A DNA stretch of 64,000 bases from Tubiluchus corallicola (GCA_030141605.1 JAQGDQ010000010.1:1505729-1569728); one strand, 5' to 3'. Positions 13,691 through 27,900 are shown, counted from the first letter of the stretch. Program-made: numbers and translations. Notes: generated by a model not told the origin, from the letters alone.

Positions 13691-16600
13691 CTGTCTACGA
13701 ATGTAAGAATAGCATGGTACATTAATGCAATAAACTTCAATCAGAAATGGCAGGTGCTAATCAAACTGTCTTACTAGTATTTCCTAGTCAAGTCTCAGGG
13801 TAGGAGACTATGCAGTGAACAAGTGGTTATTACTCATTCAAGGACCTGTTGAGCTAGTCTTGCGGTGACGTTTAGTCACGCTAATGAGTCTTCAGGGGAC
13901 CGTGCATCTGAGCTCTTTCTAATCTAATATGTTTCTAGATTCAGAAGATATTCTGTTTTTGATTACTTAAAGAAGTACGTAAATTCAGAGTCAGTGGGGG
14001 ACACGTGGCTAGGTTATAGTACTACTTTTGTAGAAGTGAAATGATAGAAAACTGCAAAAATCGTTGAGTGAATTCACCACATGCGCCTTGATTTACATTG
14101 ACAAGCGTCCAAATTTACAAAAAGTGCATGACAAAAAATTGCTTTTTAAATGGCGATAGTAATTTGGGACTTGAATTAGTTCATATCTTCAAAAAAACGA
14201 AATGAGTCGCTCTGCTCACCAGCTGACGCATTTGTTCTGTAATTGTTAGGTTGTGCTGTCCACTGGTTCGGGCGGGTTTTTTGTTTTGTTAATATTTCAG
14301 TTCAAGCGTAGAAAAAACATCGACAAAGGCAATTATTCTTGTTAACAGTGCCTTTAAGAGAAACAGTTGACATTTCTTACGAAACTTCGACTTGCTGTAC
14401 GTATGTTTCACAACATCGGTTAGCTTCGAATCGCACAGTAACTATGTATACTTCCAATTAAATCTACACTTATCGCTATTATTTAGTGTTATTATTGCCA
14501 AAATCTTTTGTTAGCTATTACTTAAAATTAACAAAATTTTAACGCTTAAACTGTATGTAGTTATTGTAAAAAATTTTCACGAAAGTAAATGAACGTGACA
14601 GTCTGTTAATATTCTATTTTCAACTCTATCGGAAGCCAGCGAGCTTGAAAACAATAAGCGATCTAACCAATCAGAAGACAGTGGAACATCGCTTTGCGTG
14701 CACGTAATGCCATTACAGTTTTAAAAAAGTGAATATCTCTCGTCAGTAAAGAAAATGAAGACAATAATGAATGCAATCTACAGAATGATAAAAGATCCAA
14801 TTGGGCGAACCCACAACTGGGGCTGGCATATTTGCTACCAAAAAAGACCTGCTTAAATTTAAGAAAGCGTATGATAAAGAAAACAATGTGTGTACATTAT
14901 CGTGAATTTTGTCATTCGTTAAAAACAATTCTGTAAAAACTTCAATTAATTTATAAACGAGTGCTTAATGGAAAGGACAAGTCGCTTAGCATGCTGGGTT
15001 TATTTCACTTAAACTTAGAAAACTATAACAAAGAAATTGCAAAAAATTGTCTATAGAACATAAAGCTAATTTATACTATCTATGCATAAGAATTTTCAGG
15101 TGCGGTGGTTGCCGAGATTCACTTGAAATTGTGACGTAACTGCTGGACTTCGCAATTTTTCGTAAGGCCATCGTGGCCTTCCGTAAGCGCGCGATGCTTA
15201 AACTAATTCAAACTTCTGCAGCTTACCTAGCGTTAATGCAGAATATCACAAAATTAGCTATCTAACTTTTTGCAAAAAGTTATACTTTTGACGGAAATTG
15301 ACAGTACGCAGCTTTGCTTCAGAAGATGAACGACGTCAATGGTTTTAGAATGGGTGATCAAAATGAGAGCGAACAAAGCATGAGATAATCGCGACTTTAA
15401 AGTGATTTTACTAATAATTACCAAAGACGTTTATCGCACTTCTTTACTAAATCCTTCTAACATTTTCGCAAACATTGAAATAAGCTTAACTTCTCAGAAG
15501 GTTTGGTCTTTCCTTTCAATTCGCTTGTTCTACTTGGGGCGGTACACGTTTGCCATGCAATAAATTTGACTTTATTAAAAGGGCAAAGCTCAGCAATAAC
15601 AAATACAGTGTAATACATTTTTTTTCTTGTCCTGTTTACGGTGCGCAATTTTCTACTTATAGAATGCGAACGGAATTGGCAGTTTTGTCGGGAGCGAATT
15701 TCCAAAAGCCCTGAATCGTTTCCTACATTAGGTCAATCAAGTTACGTGCACGAAAGTTTCCTCAATTTGCCGAGAAGCCTATAAATAAGAGTCCCAATTC
15801 AAGATTACAAACCTAACTTAATTAGTCGAAGAAACGTTAAAGAAGTCAGCAAGTTCTGCTGTATCAAACATTGGCTGACGTACATAGCAAGTTAACACAG
15901 AGAGTTAAAGAGTTAATTTGTGCGAAATTTTGAATAGCTTTTTAGTCGGCCAAGTAGAGGATTGACCGCGTATAGGATTCCGGGTAAACATAGGATTCGT
16001 GGTTACTTATTGTTATTAAATGCTACCCAAGCTTATTTTACAGAGCAGAGTCTGTGTTTTTCGTAGCAATATTTTATGAAACAAGGTGTTTACGCAATAG
16101 TGTAAACAGAGTGTAAATTATTAAATTTTCTTCGCCACGTCTCCAGTTCTCAAAAACGAGTTCGCTTATGTTCACCATTGTAGCATTTACGCGATTAAGG
16201 TTTCTTTGGCAACATAAAAACTGGCTTCGTTTAAGAAATAAGTTGATTATAGACATTACCATTTTGGACTGCAGATGGCAACACAAGTTTGAAAGAATAA
16301 ATCAATTTAATTAGTGTAAATCAAATTAATCTTGCTACTTTAAAGAGGCATGTTTAAAAGTGAAAAATTGAGTAATCTGTTACATAGCGACCATCACAAA
16401 TCACTGTAATAATTTTTGTAAAGTTTCTGTATTTCAACCAGCTAAAGCCCCATGCTTGGTTTACTAATTTTTAAATGAGTTCTGCACGTCTTCTGAAGTG
16501 AAAAATAAATGAATTTGACAGAATATCTTGACTTACTGAAATTCACAATTTTCTATACCATGTCTCGAAAATAAATGATTGGAAGCAATCTTTTGGTTTC

Positions 16601-18502
16601 CTCACATTTTACAAGACCAAAACATCTACCCTTTGCGTTTGAAGGTAAAATGTCAGTTAAGCAACAAGGTTACTGCGATATTAAAATTAATTAATTCATC
16701 GAGAACGTACAGTCGATATAAAAAAATTTTAGTCCGGGTTTTCGAAATAAACTACAAAGCTACATAAACGAGAAAAACCAAATGAACCCACGTTATTATG
16801 ATAATCTATATCAACATCTGCTTTTGTTTGATATACATCTGCGACATATTATACAGCCAACTGCTAACAAAGCTAAACATAATACAAATGACCGTTCAAT
16901 GATAAATCTAATAACGTTGCAAAAAGCTAACGATCTTCAAGTCAAATCAACAAAAGAACGGACTTCCGCGCTACTCCTTTAAACTCGGTGCAGGTACTTG
17001 AGCCTTGCCCGAATTTTCTAAGAAATCTTGTTACGAAAGAGTAGAAATCTACTCTGATATACTGAGTCTACTCTGATATCCTGAGTGGAACATGTCATGA
17101 AGAGAATGTATTGTGATGCAATACTGGCAGTCGTATAAAAACGGTATACAAACGAACATCCGATGTGAGAAGCTGAGAACAAAGCACCCGACGTAATGCC
17201 TGTAATGCCGAGTCCAGCATCTGAAAGCGAGAAATAAAACTGTATGTCAATAGAATGCCTTCGACGGTCCAAATTACAGCAGTGCACATGTTCAACGAAA
17301 TGACTGAAATCATTGTGGTCGCTGTTGCGAGAAAAAAGGTAGCAAAATTTAACTGACAGGTGAATTTATACTTAAAAAGGAACAGTAACTAAAAAGTTTT
17401 TATAATTGTAAAATCCGTATTCCTTTGAACACTGTCTCATATAAGTTTAATTTAATTTAGTTTGCGAATCATCAAAACATCATAATATGACAAAAACAAA
17501 AACTTGACAGTTTTTATCAAGATATCTAAAAGAGTAAAAATATTAGAAACGTACATAGCAATAATGGCTCATCTACGGAAACAGTAATAAGGAAAACACC
17601 ATATTTACAATAATAACTATAATACCATATAAACAGCATAATTTGTAAAAAAAAGAGTAATAGATTGAGTGATAGAAAAGAGCAATCAGGAGCTTTTAAG
17701 AGCAGAAACAGGCCGTTAAGTCAGCGTATTTATGCGGCGTTACACAAGCTACAACTTTTCATGCCAGCCATGTGCGATTGGACTTTCAAGCAAGTGGTGG
17801 AGCTAGCTGCTAGGGTAGCAGAACCATTCATTCGAATCGTAATTCAAGCGTGCATTCAACTCACTTCCGTAATTCTTAACTCTGTTGCGTTGATGCCAAC
17901 TAATTATGAGCCAAGGCGAAAGTTAAGTGTGTTCGTTTAATCAAGTTTTGATAATAATAACTACCCGACGAATTTAGATTTACCACGCGAATCTGCCGTG
18001 TATATAAAAAGTATAAAGCTTGTGTGAAAGCGGATAAAGAATCAAGCAGACGGCATCAAACGTATGTTTTCCAAATATTATGGAATACAGTGACCAGCTT
18101 GACAACAAATTTTGACTGATGAGTAGCATAGATGCCAAAATTATCGGGAATCTTGATTTATCAACGGGAGATTGAAGATCGCTGACGACAAACTGCTTTA
18201 GTTCAAGAAGATGTGACGGATTTATTGTCCAGGAAATCTCATATTCAGCGTATAATCCTGAATGGGGTGGTCAACGTGCAACAGTATCTCTCTGACATAT
18301 TTTGCACATGACGCTGAAGCTTAAGAGCAGTGATGCAGAGGATAAACATTATCTAAGTGGGATTTTCACCCAAATGCCATCCTAGTTTCAATTACCACGT
18401 TTATGTTTGACCGACCTAGCCGTAATCATGATGATAATAGTCTAGAAATATTGTGTCTTATAAATAAGGCAAAACAGCCAATGCATCCGCAAAAAACTTG
18501 AA

Positions 18503-19555
18503 ATGTCAACATTTAATGGAGAGCAACAGAAATATTTCAGTACCAGAAGCGGGTCTTTAAGGAACCTATCAAAGCAGTGCAAATCGCAAGTGGTGTTGGG
18601 GATCATTGCATTGTGGGCTACCCTATTATTTTTCATCCATACTATTCCGCTGCAGTTAAGCATCAAGAACAAACAGCTGTGGAACCACAGCAAAATTGCA
18701 GAGCCACTTGGTGGAAACAAAACGCTCTTGTTATTGAGACAACATGGCTACGCAGCAAAAAACGTAGACCTCGATAAGATATTTTATAACCGAGTTCCAA
18801 AAGCGGGTAGCAGTACCCTCTATAGCCTTATGCAAAACCTAAAAAAACCGAATCATTTCGCCTACAAGACTTTGCTTCCTCATTTTGAGTTTCGCGGAGG
18901 AGAAACAAAAGTGGCGAATCAGATCAACTCCATGGAGGGCAGATGGTTTGTCCACAAACACCAGCATTTCATCAATTTCGAAGACCATCCCATGACGGAT
19001 GGTGGCGATGCTATGTGGCCGGCATACGTAAACATAATTCGTGATCCAGTAGACAGGTTAATATCGTTATTCTATTTTCTGCGGCGCCCAGCGCGCTTGT
19101 TTCAGCAATATTTAAACTACAAAGTAGATGTGAACTTAACTTTTGAAGAATGTGTACTGCATGAACACGAAGAGTGTCGCTATACTGAAAAATATCCAGA
19201 CTACAGGTACAGTCAGATAGCATTCTTCTGCGGTCCTACTTCAGACTGCACAGAACTAAATAGCAAAACTGCGTTAGAAAAAGCAAAGTCGAATGTTGTT
19301 AAATACTTTGCTTTTGTAGGAATCAGCGAATCGTATGATTACTCATTGCGAATTCTACATGTTTTGTTTCCTTCTTTTTTCGATGGATGGGAGACGTATT
19401 ACTACTCAGAGAGATTAAAAGACAATCATTCGAAGAAACGTCAACAGGTATCGGAACAGGTGAAGCAAGTGCTTAGAGAGAAGCTAACGACTGAGTACGA
19501 ATTTTATGAGTTTGTAAATGAAAGATTTAAGGCTTTTAAGCAACAAATACTTTGA
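18503..19555 (+). CDS. Heparan sulfate 2-O-/uronyl 2-sulfotransferase family protein (Sulfotransfer_2), single coding exon, 350 aa
   Basis: Uninterrupted ORF. N-terminal TM segment VVLGIIALWATLLFFIHTI (type II Golgi topology); 5'-PSB loop FYNRVPKAGSSTL; HxH motif FVHKHQHFINF; 3'-PB motif YVNIIRDPVDRLISLFYFLRR; family motif QIAFFCG..C....ALEKAKSNV..YFAFVGISE. HS2ST versus UST orthology not resolvable by eye. Confidence 0.93.
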   Translation: MSTFNGEQQKYFSTRSGSLRNLSKQCKSQVVLGIIALWATLLFFIHTIPLQLSIKNKQLWNHSKIAEPLGGNKTLLLLRQHGYAAKNVDLDKIFYNRVPKAGSSTLYSLMQNLKKPNHFAYKTLLPHFEFRGGETKVANQINSMEGRWFVHKHQHFINFEDHPMTDGGDAMWPAYVNIIRDPVDRLISLFYFLRRPARLFQQYLNYKVDVNLTFEECVLHEHEECRYTEKYPDYRYSQIAFFCGPTSDCTELNSKTALEKAKSNVVKYFAFVGISESYDYSLRILHVLFPSFFDGWETYYYSERLKDNHSKKRQQVSEQVKQVLREKLTTEYEFYEFVNERFKAFKQQIL

Positions 19556-21289
19556 AAAAATTAGCTATACAATGCACATAGCCTTCTTTATTTTGTTTCA
19601 TAAAGTCAGTAGTATAAAGTGCGGCATGTTCATACGAGTACGCCATGTACGTAATAAGCTTCTTGATAAGGAATTTATGGCTTCATCTAACAAGAGAGAC
19701 TGATAGCAAACCAATGATGTAGCTCGCTTACCATATTATGTAAAAGTCAACGATTATAGGGGCAGCTTTCTCGTCTCTCGGGTAATGGTTCTTTATAGTT
19801 GGCAAGCTTTTTCAACTGTACTATAATTAGTCCTATAGCCCACTTCTTTTACAAAGTAAATTTTAAAACTTGTTTTTAAGCAGATCGCCACAGTGACAGT
19901 GACTACAGCCAGAAAATAAAAATAATTATGAAATCGGGAACAGAAAATAGAATTATAATAAAATTTGTTATTGGTAGGGTCATCTGTTGACTTTTTCTTG
20001 GAACAGTTGATAGTATATGCCTGTTAGCAGGGAAACAATTTGATAAACAATTGGACCAGCCAGAAGAAAAAGTTGAATTTACGAACAAGCGTGCTGCATC
20101 AAGAAACGTACAGAGTAAAATTATTCAGATATAGGCAATAACGCCAAGCGTCTACTACGAGCAAATAAATGGCCTTTACGAACCTGTAACAACAACCCTT
20201 TGTTGTAAAAGAGATTACAAGGCTATCCACAGATCAGGCCGACTAGATATATGATATAATACTGAGATGCAATTTAAACCTGCGCTTGAAAAGCTTTATT
20301 ACGAGTTCCTCTAGAATACCATCTAGGTGTTACCTATATTAGGATCTGTATCTCAAAAAAGACACTCAGATCCACTTAATTTGAGTTTAATGTCGACTGT
20401 GTAAGAATGCTGTGGTCTTTGCTATGATATGACACTATATGCTATATTATGAAGGATATTTATAAAATATACAGTATTTTAAAAAAAGTGAGACTGGCAT
20501 ATATTACCTCTTATGCCAGCCTATATTGTGCAATGACAAATATGATAAAAAAACATAAGTTTACATTGCTAACAGTAAAAATACCATAAAATAAAAAATC
20601 AATAAAACATAGACAAGGTGCAAATTTATCAAAATTGGCAGAGTTCGTTAAACTAAGCTGAAAATGTTTTATGAAAACCTATTATAAATATATTGTGGAG
20701 GTAAAGTAATATGATCTTCGTAATGGTCATCATCTCCGCAGTTCTCAGTCTGTTTGATCTTGCTGTTACAGCTGAACACCCGATACTGTAATATCAAAAA
20801 TTAAAGCATATTGTAATAAAAAAATCAACACATACTACAAAAAATAACCCAAATGTAATGAAATTAACTGATAATGTAATAAAAAACGTATGCATGATAA
20901 ACAAAACGAAGAATGTAATTAAAAATTTTAACCTATAATGTAATAACTAGCTGAATTAATGTTGCTTGGTACCAGTGACAAAGGGCGGTGGGAATTTTTT
21001 GGAATATCGCGTTTCCAGTGTTCCCTCACTATTTCAAATTAAATGACACTTCTCATAATAACTATAGTTTTATACATTATGTGCGTAGACCAACGATAAT
21101 ATTAGTAGAAATGTGTCCGAATATGCTATATGTCAGAACAAAATATATCATAGTAAGTAACACGGTGAGTTACCTACATACTAAATAAAACTGCCATAGT
21201 AGATTTAAGTGTGAATAAGATCACCCTCGCTTGCAATTAATGCGAGCTTTAAAAAATATGCCAGTTGACCCAATAATCAATAGGGTCAG

Positions 21290-21735
21290 GTTTTCCATCC
21301 GTACCCAACCCCTGCAACCAGATGGTAGGTCTAAAGCTCACTAGTGATGCCTTGGCTTCCCACCCGAGTGACGTGGGTTCAATTCCTGGCCGAATCATAC
21401 TGAAGACTAAAAAATTGTATCAAGTTATTGTGCGAGTTTAAGGAAATCAGTGCCATTTAACTATAGATGGTTCAGTATGTACCAGGACTATGCCCCAACC
21501 AAAACTGTTATTATAAAATGCGCCAATTAATCATTAATCGACTTTTCATCCATACATGACCCCAGCATCCAGATGGTAGACCTATAGCTCACTTGCTGTG
21601 TCCTGGTTTTTCACCCGAGTGACGTGGGTTCAATTCCCAACCGAGTCATATTGAAGACTAAAAAATAGTATCAAAATAAAGTTGCGAGTATAAGGAAATC
21701 AGTTTTGAATTACTTTAGATGATTCAGTATGTACC
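21290..21735 (+). mobile_element. Tandem pair (period ~251 bp) of tRNA-derived SINE-like sequences
   Basis: Both copies share CCAGATGGTAG...CACCCGAGTGACGTGGGTTCAATTCC (Pol III B-box-like)...GAAGACTAAAAAAT...TTCAGTATGTACC. Confidence 0.65.
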
Positions 21736-22244
21736 TGTTATTATTGCATGTCTTCATATTGTATATCTTTAACTTTCTATTATAGCCGAGTAAAGTTAGC
21801 GACAGACAGATAGACTCACGGATTGAGTTAATTAATTCTTTAGTTGCTGCCCACGTCGTAGGGGTAACTATATATATATATATATATATATGTCTATACT
21901 AATAAATTATAAAGTGGTTGATGTATAATGTTTCGTCAGTAGTATACATATGTTTAAAGGGTTCCAAAGAGACTCTGTGTCACTAACATTCTGGCTTCTT
22001 GCGAGTTTCTTACTCAGCTGTTATATATAAGCCTTACCAGTGCCACTCCCCCGTGGCATTGCCCAATGATAAACCGTCCGCGCACAAAATAGTATCAAAG
22101 GTAAGAAGTTGTAACGATAACTGTATCAAGAAAAATTAAAACGAATAAATGTTTCCGTCAGGCTTGCGTTTTTTGTCTTCCCAAATAAACTAAGTAAAAA
22201 AATCAATAGCTAATTTGCGTTCTATTATACTTGTAGCATTAAAA

Positions 22245-22536
22245 TGTCAAAGACGTCAGCCCAGTGAGCCCACACGTAGTTTCTTTAGAGTTCTTCCCAC
22301 ACACAGAATGACGCAAAAGGCTGTCCAATGGGAAGACACAACAGTGACATCATTGCTAAACGCAACCAATAAAGTTACCGCAACGCGCAACGATCTTAAC
22401 TTGCGCACTATGTAAACCGGTTTCCTTGTCTGATGTCGTGACGCTGATGGCGTACGTAATTTTGACGTGTTGCTACGTATTCCATGAATTGAACCAGTCC
22501 GAAAGCTCTGTTTTGGTGACGATTACTACGTAACCG
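22245..22536 (+). promoter_or_regulatory. CREB promoter and non-coding exon 1 with clustered CRE-like sites and CCAAT boxes
   Basis: AGACGTCA 22251, TGACGCAA 22309, TGACATCA 22345, TGACG 22439/22463/22517; CCAAT 22325 and 22366; locally CpG-rich; strong donor CCG|GTAAGT after 22536, upstream of the ATG-bearing exon (acceptor before 24806). Confidence 0.7.
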
Positions 22537-24809
22537 GTAAGTACTCATCCAAGAAGACAACAAATACATTCATCGTCCAACATGCTTGGAACCATGTGGT
22601 TAGATTTCGGCATATTTGCCGGTATGTATAGCATTTCAAATTTCACCTAAGGAATTTAACAGGAAAATTAAAAACGAATGTTTATAGCGATTGGTTGTGT
22701 GAGTCGCTATTAAGCAGTTTTCGTTATTGCACTTTTCGTTTTTGCTTGCTCACGTGCACCGAATTTTGTAGAAGCTAGGCTAACTACATTTATGGTCCTA
22801 GAAGTTCATTACACTACTATGATTCCTGCAAATTCGTGTTCAGTTTTATGCTCCTTCAGTTCTTCGTTTTACATGAAATTTTTTTAATAATTGACAATTC
22901 ATGAAAACAAAATAAACGTGTACATGTATAATGGTACTTCACATTAATTAGGTCTAGCTATTACTAAGTTAATGTTTTGTTAATTAATAGTTAATTGACT
23001 GTTAAAATGCCTTTTTGAATTTAATTGTTCTGTTAAACTTGGACATTAATAATTGACCAGTTATATTGTCATCACGCCTTCCTTTCCTGTTCATTTATAT
23101 TATCATCCACATCATGACACTACACCTAATTTTACAAAGTTAGGGCATCTCTGGCCCTGAAATAATGTTATTTTTAACCTTAATTGTGGTATTTTGTATT
23201 ACTGAGGATAAGGAATTATAGTTATGTTATACCTGATGTTGAAATAATCTTCTTTCATTGTATATGCTAATGATTTTTAAGTCAGTTAACAGTAAATTTT
23301 GTTTGACTATCACTTAGGGTCCTAACTTTTCATTACATTTACTATGATTTATTCAGAATTTGATACATTTTAGCCACAAAAATGCACAGAATTATCTAAA
23401 ATGCATATGTGGTTGCTACTGAAAGAAGACTCAAACTGGGCAAAATAGGACTAGGAAAACTGATATCATGAAATCTTTCCCAGGCTTGATTTAAAATAGA
23501 AAATTTATAAAATTATTCTCTTTCTTCCAAGTTTGTTTAAAAATCACTGTATTTTTGTACTATAAAATTTACTTTGTCATGTTTTGTTTTCATTTTGGCC
23601 TATTTTTCAATTGTTTTTGAAGCTGCCATGATTAGTTGGCAATTTCAAAGACTAGCTGGTGGTAGTCAGAGTGTTGTGAAAATGTGAATCAATAGAAAGC
23701 TTTATGCTGTCTTAGATTATCATTATTCAATTATCGAAGGCTGAAAAACGCTGCACAGTTCAGTAAAGTGAGTTTATGCAGTTAGGCCTCAGACATTTTT
23801 CCTTACAAGTAGGAAAAGTAAGAAAAAACTGATGGATAGCTGAGCGGCCTGAAGTTAATTGCGCGAGGTTGAATGAACATTTTTGAGCATAACTGTATAA
23901 TTTATACAGTTACAACATCAGCTGTAAAATTTAAGTAATGCATTTTATGTGACAATAGTTTGCAAATTATTAAATAGTTTAGAACTGTTACCAGATACTG
24001 AGAAATTTTCAGAAACATTCTAACTATAATTCGGGCACTGATTGATTCTCTGAACGAACTTTGAAACCAACGTTTGCAGACAGGCATTAGGCATACGCTA
24101 TTTATTAAAGGGCTAATTAGTTTATTCATACATGTATCACTACTAAATATTATCAAAATATTTTGTGACATTTTTATACCCTTCTTAGTGCTTATTTTAA
24201 AAAAATTGTTGAACTTTGTTTACATTCGTAAAATTATGTTTGCCAGAAGATCTGCATGTATAAACATATATTTAAATTGACCAGTAACTGTTTAGTCTAC
24301 TGTAATGCATGTTAATTTTACATTTTTGTATAACCTCTGGAAAATTTGAAATGGAAATACTGAAAAGTCACATACCTGACTGGAAAAGCAGGCCCCCATA
24401 AGACTTAATTCTAATTCAAAATTATTAAGTTGCAGTTTTATGACTGTTTTTAATTTATTTACTAATTATAATTACAATCAACAAGTGTCATTTTTGTAAG
24501 CTTCATGGCATTTTTGCCATTAGCCTTGATAATTTTAGGAATTTTATGACTTCACTCATTTTTTAACACTTCGAGAATGTTACAGTGCTTCTACAGTGAC
24601 ACTTATAATTACAAGTTTTGTTGGTCAACATATTTTTTCTTCAATTTTGTTTGAAATTAGTAGAAAATTGTACAATCTATTCAACTTATTATATATATGT
24701 AGTAAATATCACCTGGCTTAATTTGCTGTATAATTAAGACATATATTACTAATTATATATTATAATTTATTATTTGCAATTGTTTATCATTTTTGTGCAT
24801 TTTAGTGTT

Positions 24810-24992
24810 ATGGACATAGTAGCAGATGGATCAAGCACTACTGCTCCTGTCACGGGAACTCTGCTTTCGTCAAGTGCACCAACCCCTGTCTCTATAGTGT
24901 ATGTTACTTCCACTGGACAGTCTATTCAAGTTCAGTCAGTTATTCAGCCAAATCAGTCGGTGATCCAGTCAGCCTCTGGACAAACTATTCAG
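24810..24992 (+). CDS. CREB: CREB coding exon 1 (Q1 region)
   Basis: tttag|TGTT ATG; MDIVADGSS...SIQVQSVIQPNQSVIQSASGQTIQ|gtttt, phase 0. Confidence 0.85.
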
Positions 24993-27900
24993 GTTTTGAG
25001 AATAATAATCTACATTCTAACTGTACTAGTCTTCAAAAGAAATGTATGGTAATTGGTCGTGTTATGACATAAAGCAAAGTGTATTACAATGTCTTAGAAA
25101 TGCCAACAAAATTCGTTGTTTTATTGCATCAGAGAGCTTAAGGCTAATAACGGGAGACAAACCAGCACATTTCTGTCCTTGTTTAACTGGTATTATTAGC
25201 CTTACTAGCCAGACCAGTCTGTGTATAGTCATTTACAAAGTAAAACAATCTTAATAAGCAAGAAATAGAATAACTATCACAAATTTCACGAGGAAAAGAA
25301 AATGAAACTCATGAATGCGAAAAAGTGATGAAATGTACTTTTTTGGATTCTTAGCAATTTTGCACAGTTCAGCATTAAATGTAAAATTTTGCAAAGTATG
25401 GGGAAAGTAAACATGAAATGTCATTAATAGCACTCTTGTACTATGCATAGCAATGAAATTCTAGACTTGTCAACAAAAAGTTCAATTTAAGTAACTACTG
25501 TTTCGCTGTACAAGTATTTCTGGGAGTCAAATATGGATCATTTGTCTAGTAATATATACAAAGAAATGTATGGAGAACAAATCTAATATTTGGTAATAGG
25601 AAGTCTGTGTAAGGCAAATTTGACTGCAGTATACCCAAATAAAGAAGGATTAGTGGGCTAGAAAATGAAAATTGAGGCTTAAGATGTTTAAATAAGTGCA
25701 TTGAAATAAGTGCTTAAATGTGAGTTTACAGAACATAAACAAATTTAAAAGCTAAAAACTCGCTGAGCAAGTCAAAAAAGAAATTGTGTATTTCTTATCA
25801 GTAGTGAACATTTTACATAAAGGTTATTTTTAGACAGGTTAGGACTTCCTTTGACTTGCTTTGCCATCAGTACCAACCACAACACATGAAACTTGCAATG
25901 TATATATTACATTAAATAAGATTACAGTTATTGAAAATTAAGCACTTTTAGATGCTATTGACCTTTTTCATGTATATAAAAGTACATATTTATAATAAAA
26001 CATAGTGAAGTGCAATAGCAGCAAAAGAAAGCTCAGTAATTATCCAAATATTAATATAATTTTTTGATAATTTGATTTTAATACTTAAAAAAATTTCTGT
26101 GGCGTGAAATCCCCCCTGGACCGTTACCAGGGGCAAAGTGATCCATGACTTTCTGTTTCACACTCATTCTTACATCAAATGGCTGGCAAGTCTTCATATA
26201 AATTAGCAGGAACTACTAATTAATCAAATTTGAGTTAAGCACATGTAACTTTGTTTACCACCTTTATGTGTTTTTCATCCTTATCCAACGTCTATTGAGC
26301 GAGTAATTGCTTAGAACACTAAAGCAAGTAAACTGTAATTACTTTCTTTATAAAAACTGTCTGTCATTGGTCTTGCAACAGAAATCACCAATAAAAGAAC
26401 GAATTGCATCATCATTCTAAAAAGTAGAATTGTTTCTGAATTCTAGCAAAGGCTTGGCCTGTATGTATACTTGAGTGATTGAGTTAACCTAATAATAAAT
26501 TTAAAAATTTGGTTTTCGGTAACTGTTGGCATTCTATTTTACATTGTAACTAATTTAAAATTCTCTATTGTTCTTTTATATTGTTGAATTCTATGTTATT
26601 TTTAACCAAACTGACTGTATGAGCATTTCAGCGTAAAAACGAAGTTTATGATAGAATGCTAAACTAATGTATATATTTGGTTTCAAAGCATTCATTTGAC
26701 TGTCTTGTCATTTTTGAAAGGTCATTGAAGCTCAGCAAGATAGCACTTCTAACACAGACGAGTCTGAGGCAACAAGAAAAAGGAGGGAAATTCTTGCAAG
26801 AAGGCCATCATATAGGTAATAAAGATGTTTTTCTGCAATTCCATAAATATAATATGTTGTATGTGCTGTTGTAAAGGTATTTACCTCTTTGAAAAGTTGT
26901 TCCAACATTTTTTGATATATCAAGACAGCGCTTTGAAATTTTGCCCAGTTAGCTGTAAATCAATGCAACCAAATTTGAGGGCGATCAGCAGTAGGACCTA
27001 TGCAGGATTGGTATTCTTCAATCCAGCATCACAAACATAATTTTAGACGAGACCACCACCATTCAATATAGTAAAAAAATTGAGTTTATTAAAACCTAAA
27101 ACTTCTAATTGCTTCTTGATCAGTTATCCATTATTTGTTGTTTATTGGTCAATAATTCATTACTTATCATTTAACTGTCTCAAAATACATACAGATTCGT
27201 TATTAAAAGGCATATCTGTTCCCATGTTTCGACTGTTACTCTATTATCATTCTGTTTTATGTGTAATTAGAGTTTAGTATTTACAAAAAAATTAGGCAAT
27301 TTACGATTGGTACATGATTTTTTAATTAAAATTTAACAAAATTATCTCTGTCAGAAGGCTGCAGCTCTTGTTGATCTGACTAGATTTATTTTGTTCAGTC
27401 GGTTTCAACAATTTATTTATGAAAGCTTTCCACAACTCACATTTTCCCTAATTTAACTTTTAGAAAAATACTTAATGAATTGTCAGCAGCTGATGATCAT
27501 CAAGCTATAAATATTAGCAAGATTGAAGAAGAAGAAGGGCTTAGCAGCCAGGAAGAATCATCGCAAGACGGTGCTGCGGGAGAGATTGTTAATATGCCAA
27601 TACAGGCAGCAGGTGGAATCACAGGTCTGTAGAATTTTTCAGTTGTAAACTGTTTTTGGTATAATCTGAAATCCGACAGAGAGAGAGAGAGGGGGGGAAA
27701 GAGAGAGGGAGCCACTGTTTAAGTTCTAAATGATTTGGTACTTTTTATTGATTTTAAACAGTAGTTTAAAATAAGTTGCATTACTGCACTTCTCCTGTTT
27801 CTCTATAACAGTTGTACCAGCATCGGCACTACAATTTGCTACGAGTAGTACAGCTGGAGGTGACGCTGTGCAGGGACTACAAACACTCACAATGACTAAT

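Noticed and set aside
13475-13777. His-rich/hydrophobic 100-aa ORF (also the Ile-rich ORF at 46260-46562)
   Set aside because: Trinucleotide repeat translations with no domain or splice support.
21360-21400. Possible tRNA gene (GGTTCAATTCC)
   Set aside because: No cloverleaf or acceptor stem; duplicated together with non-tRNA downstream sequence, so SINE-like.
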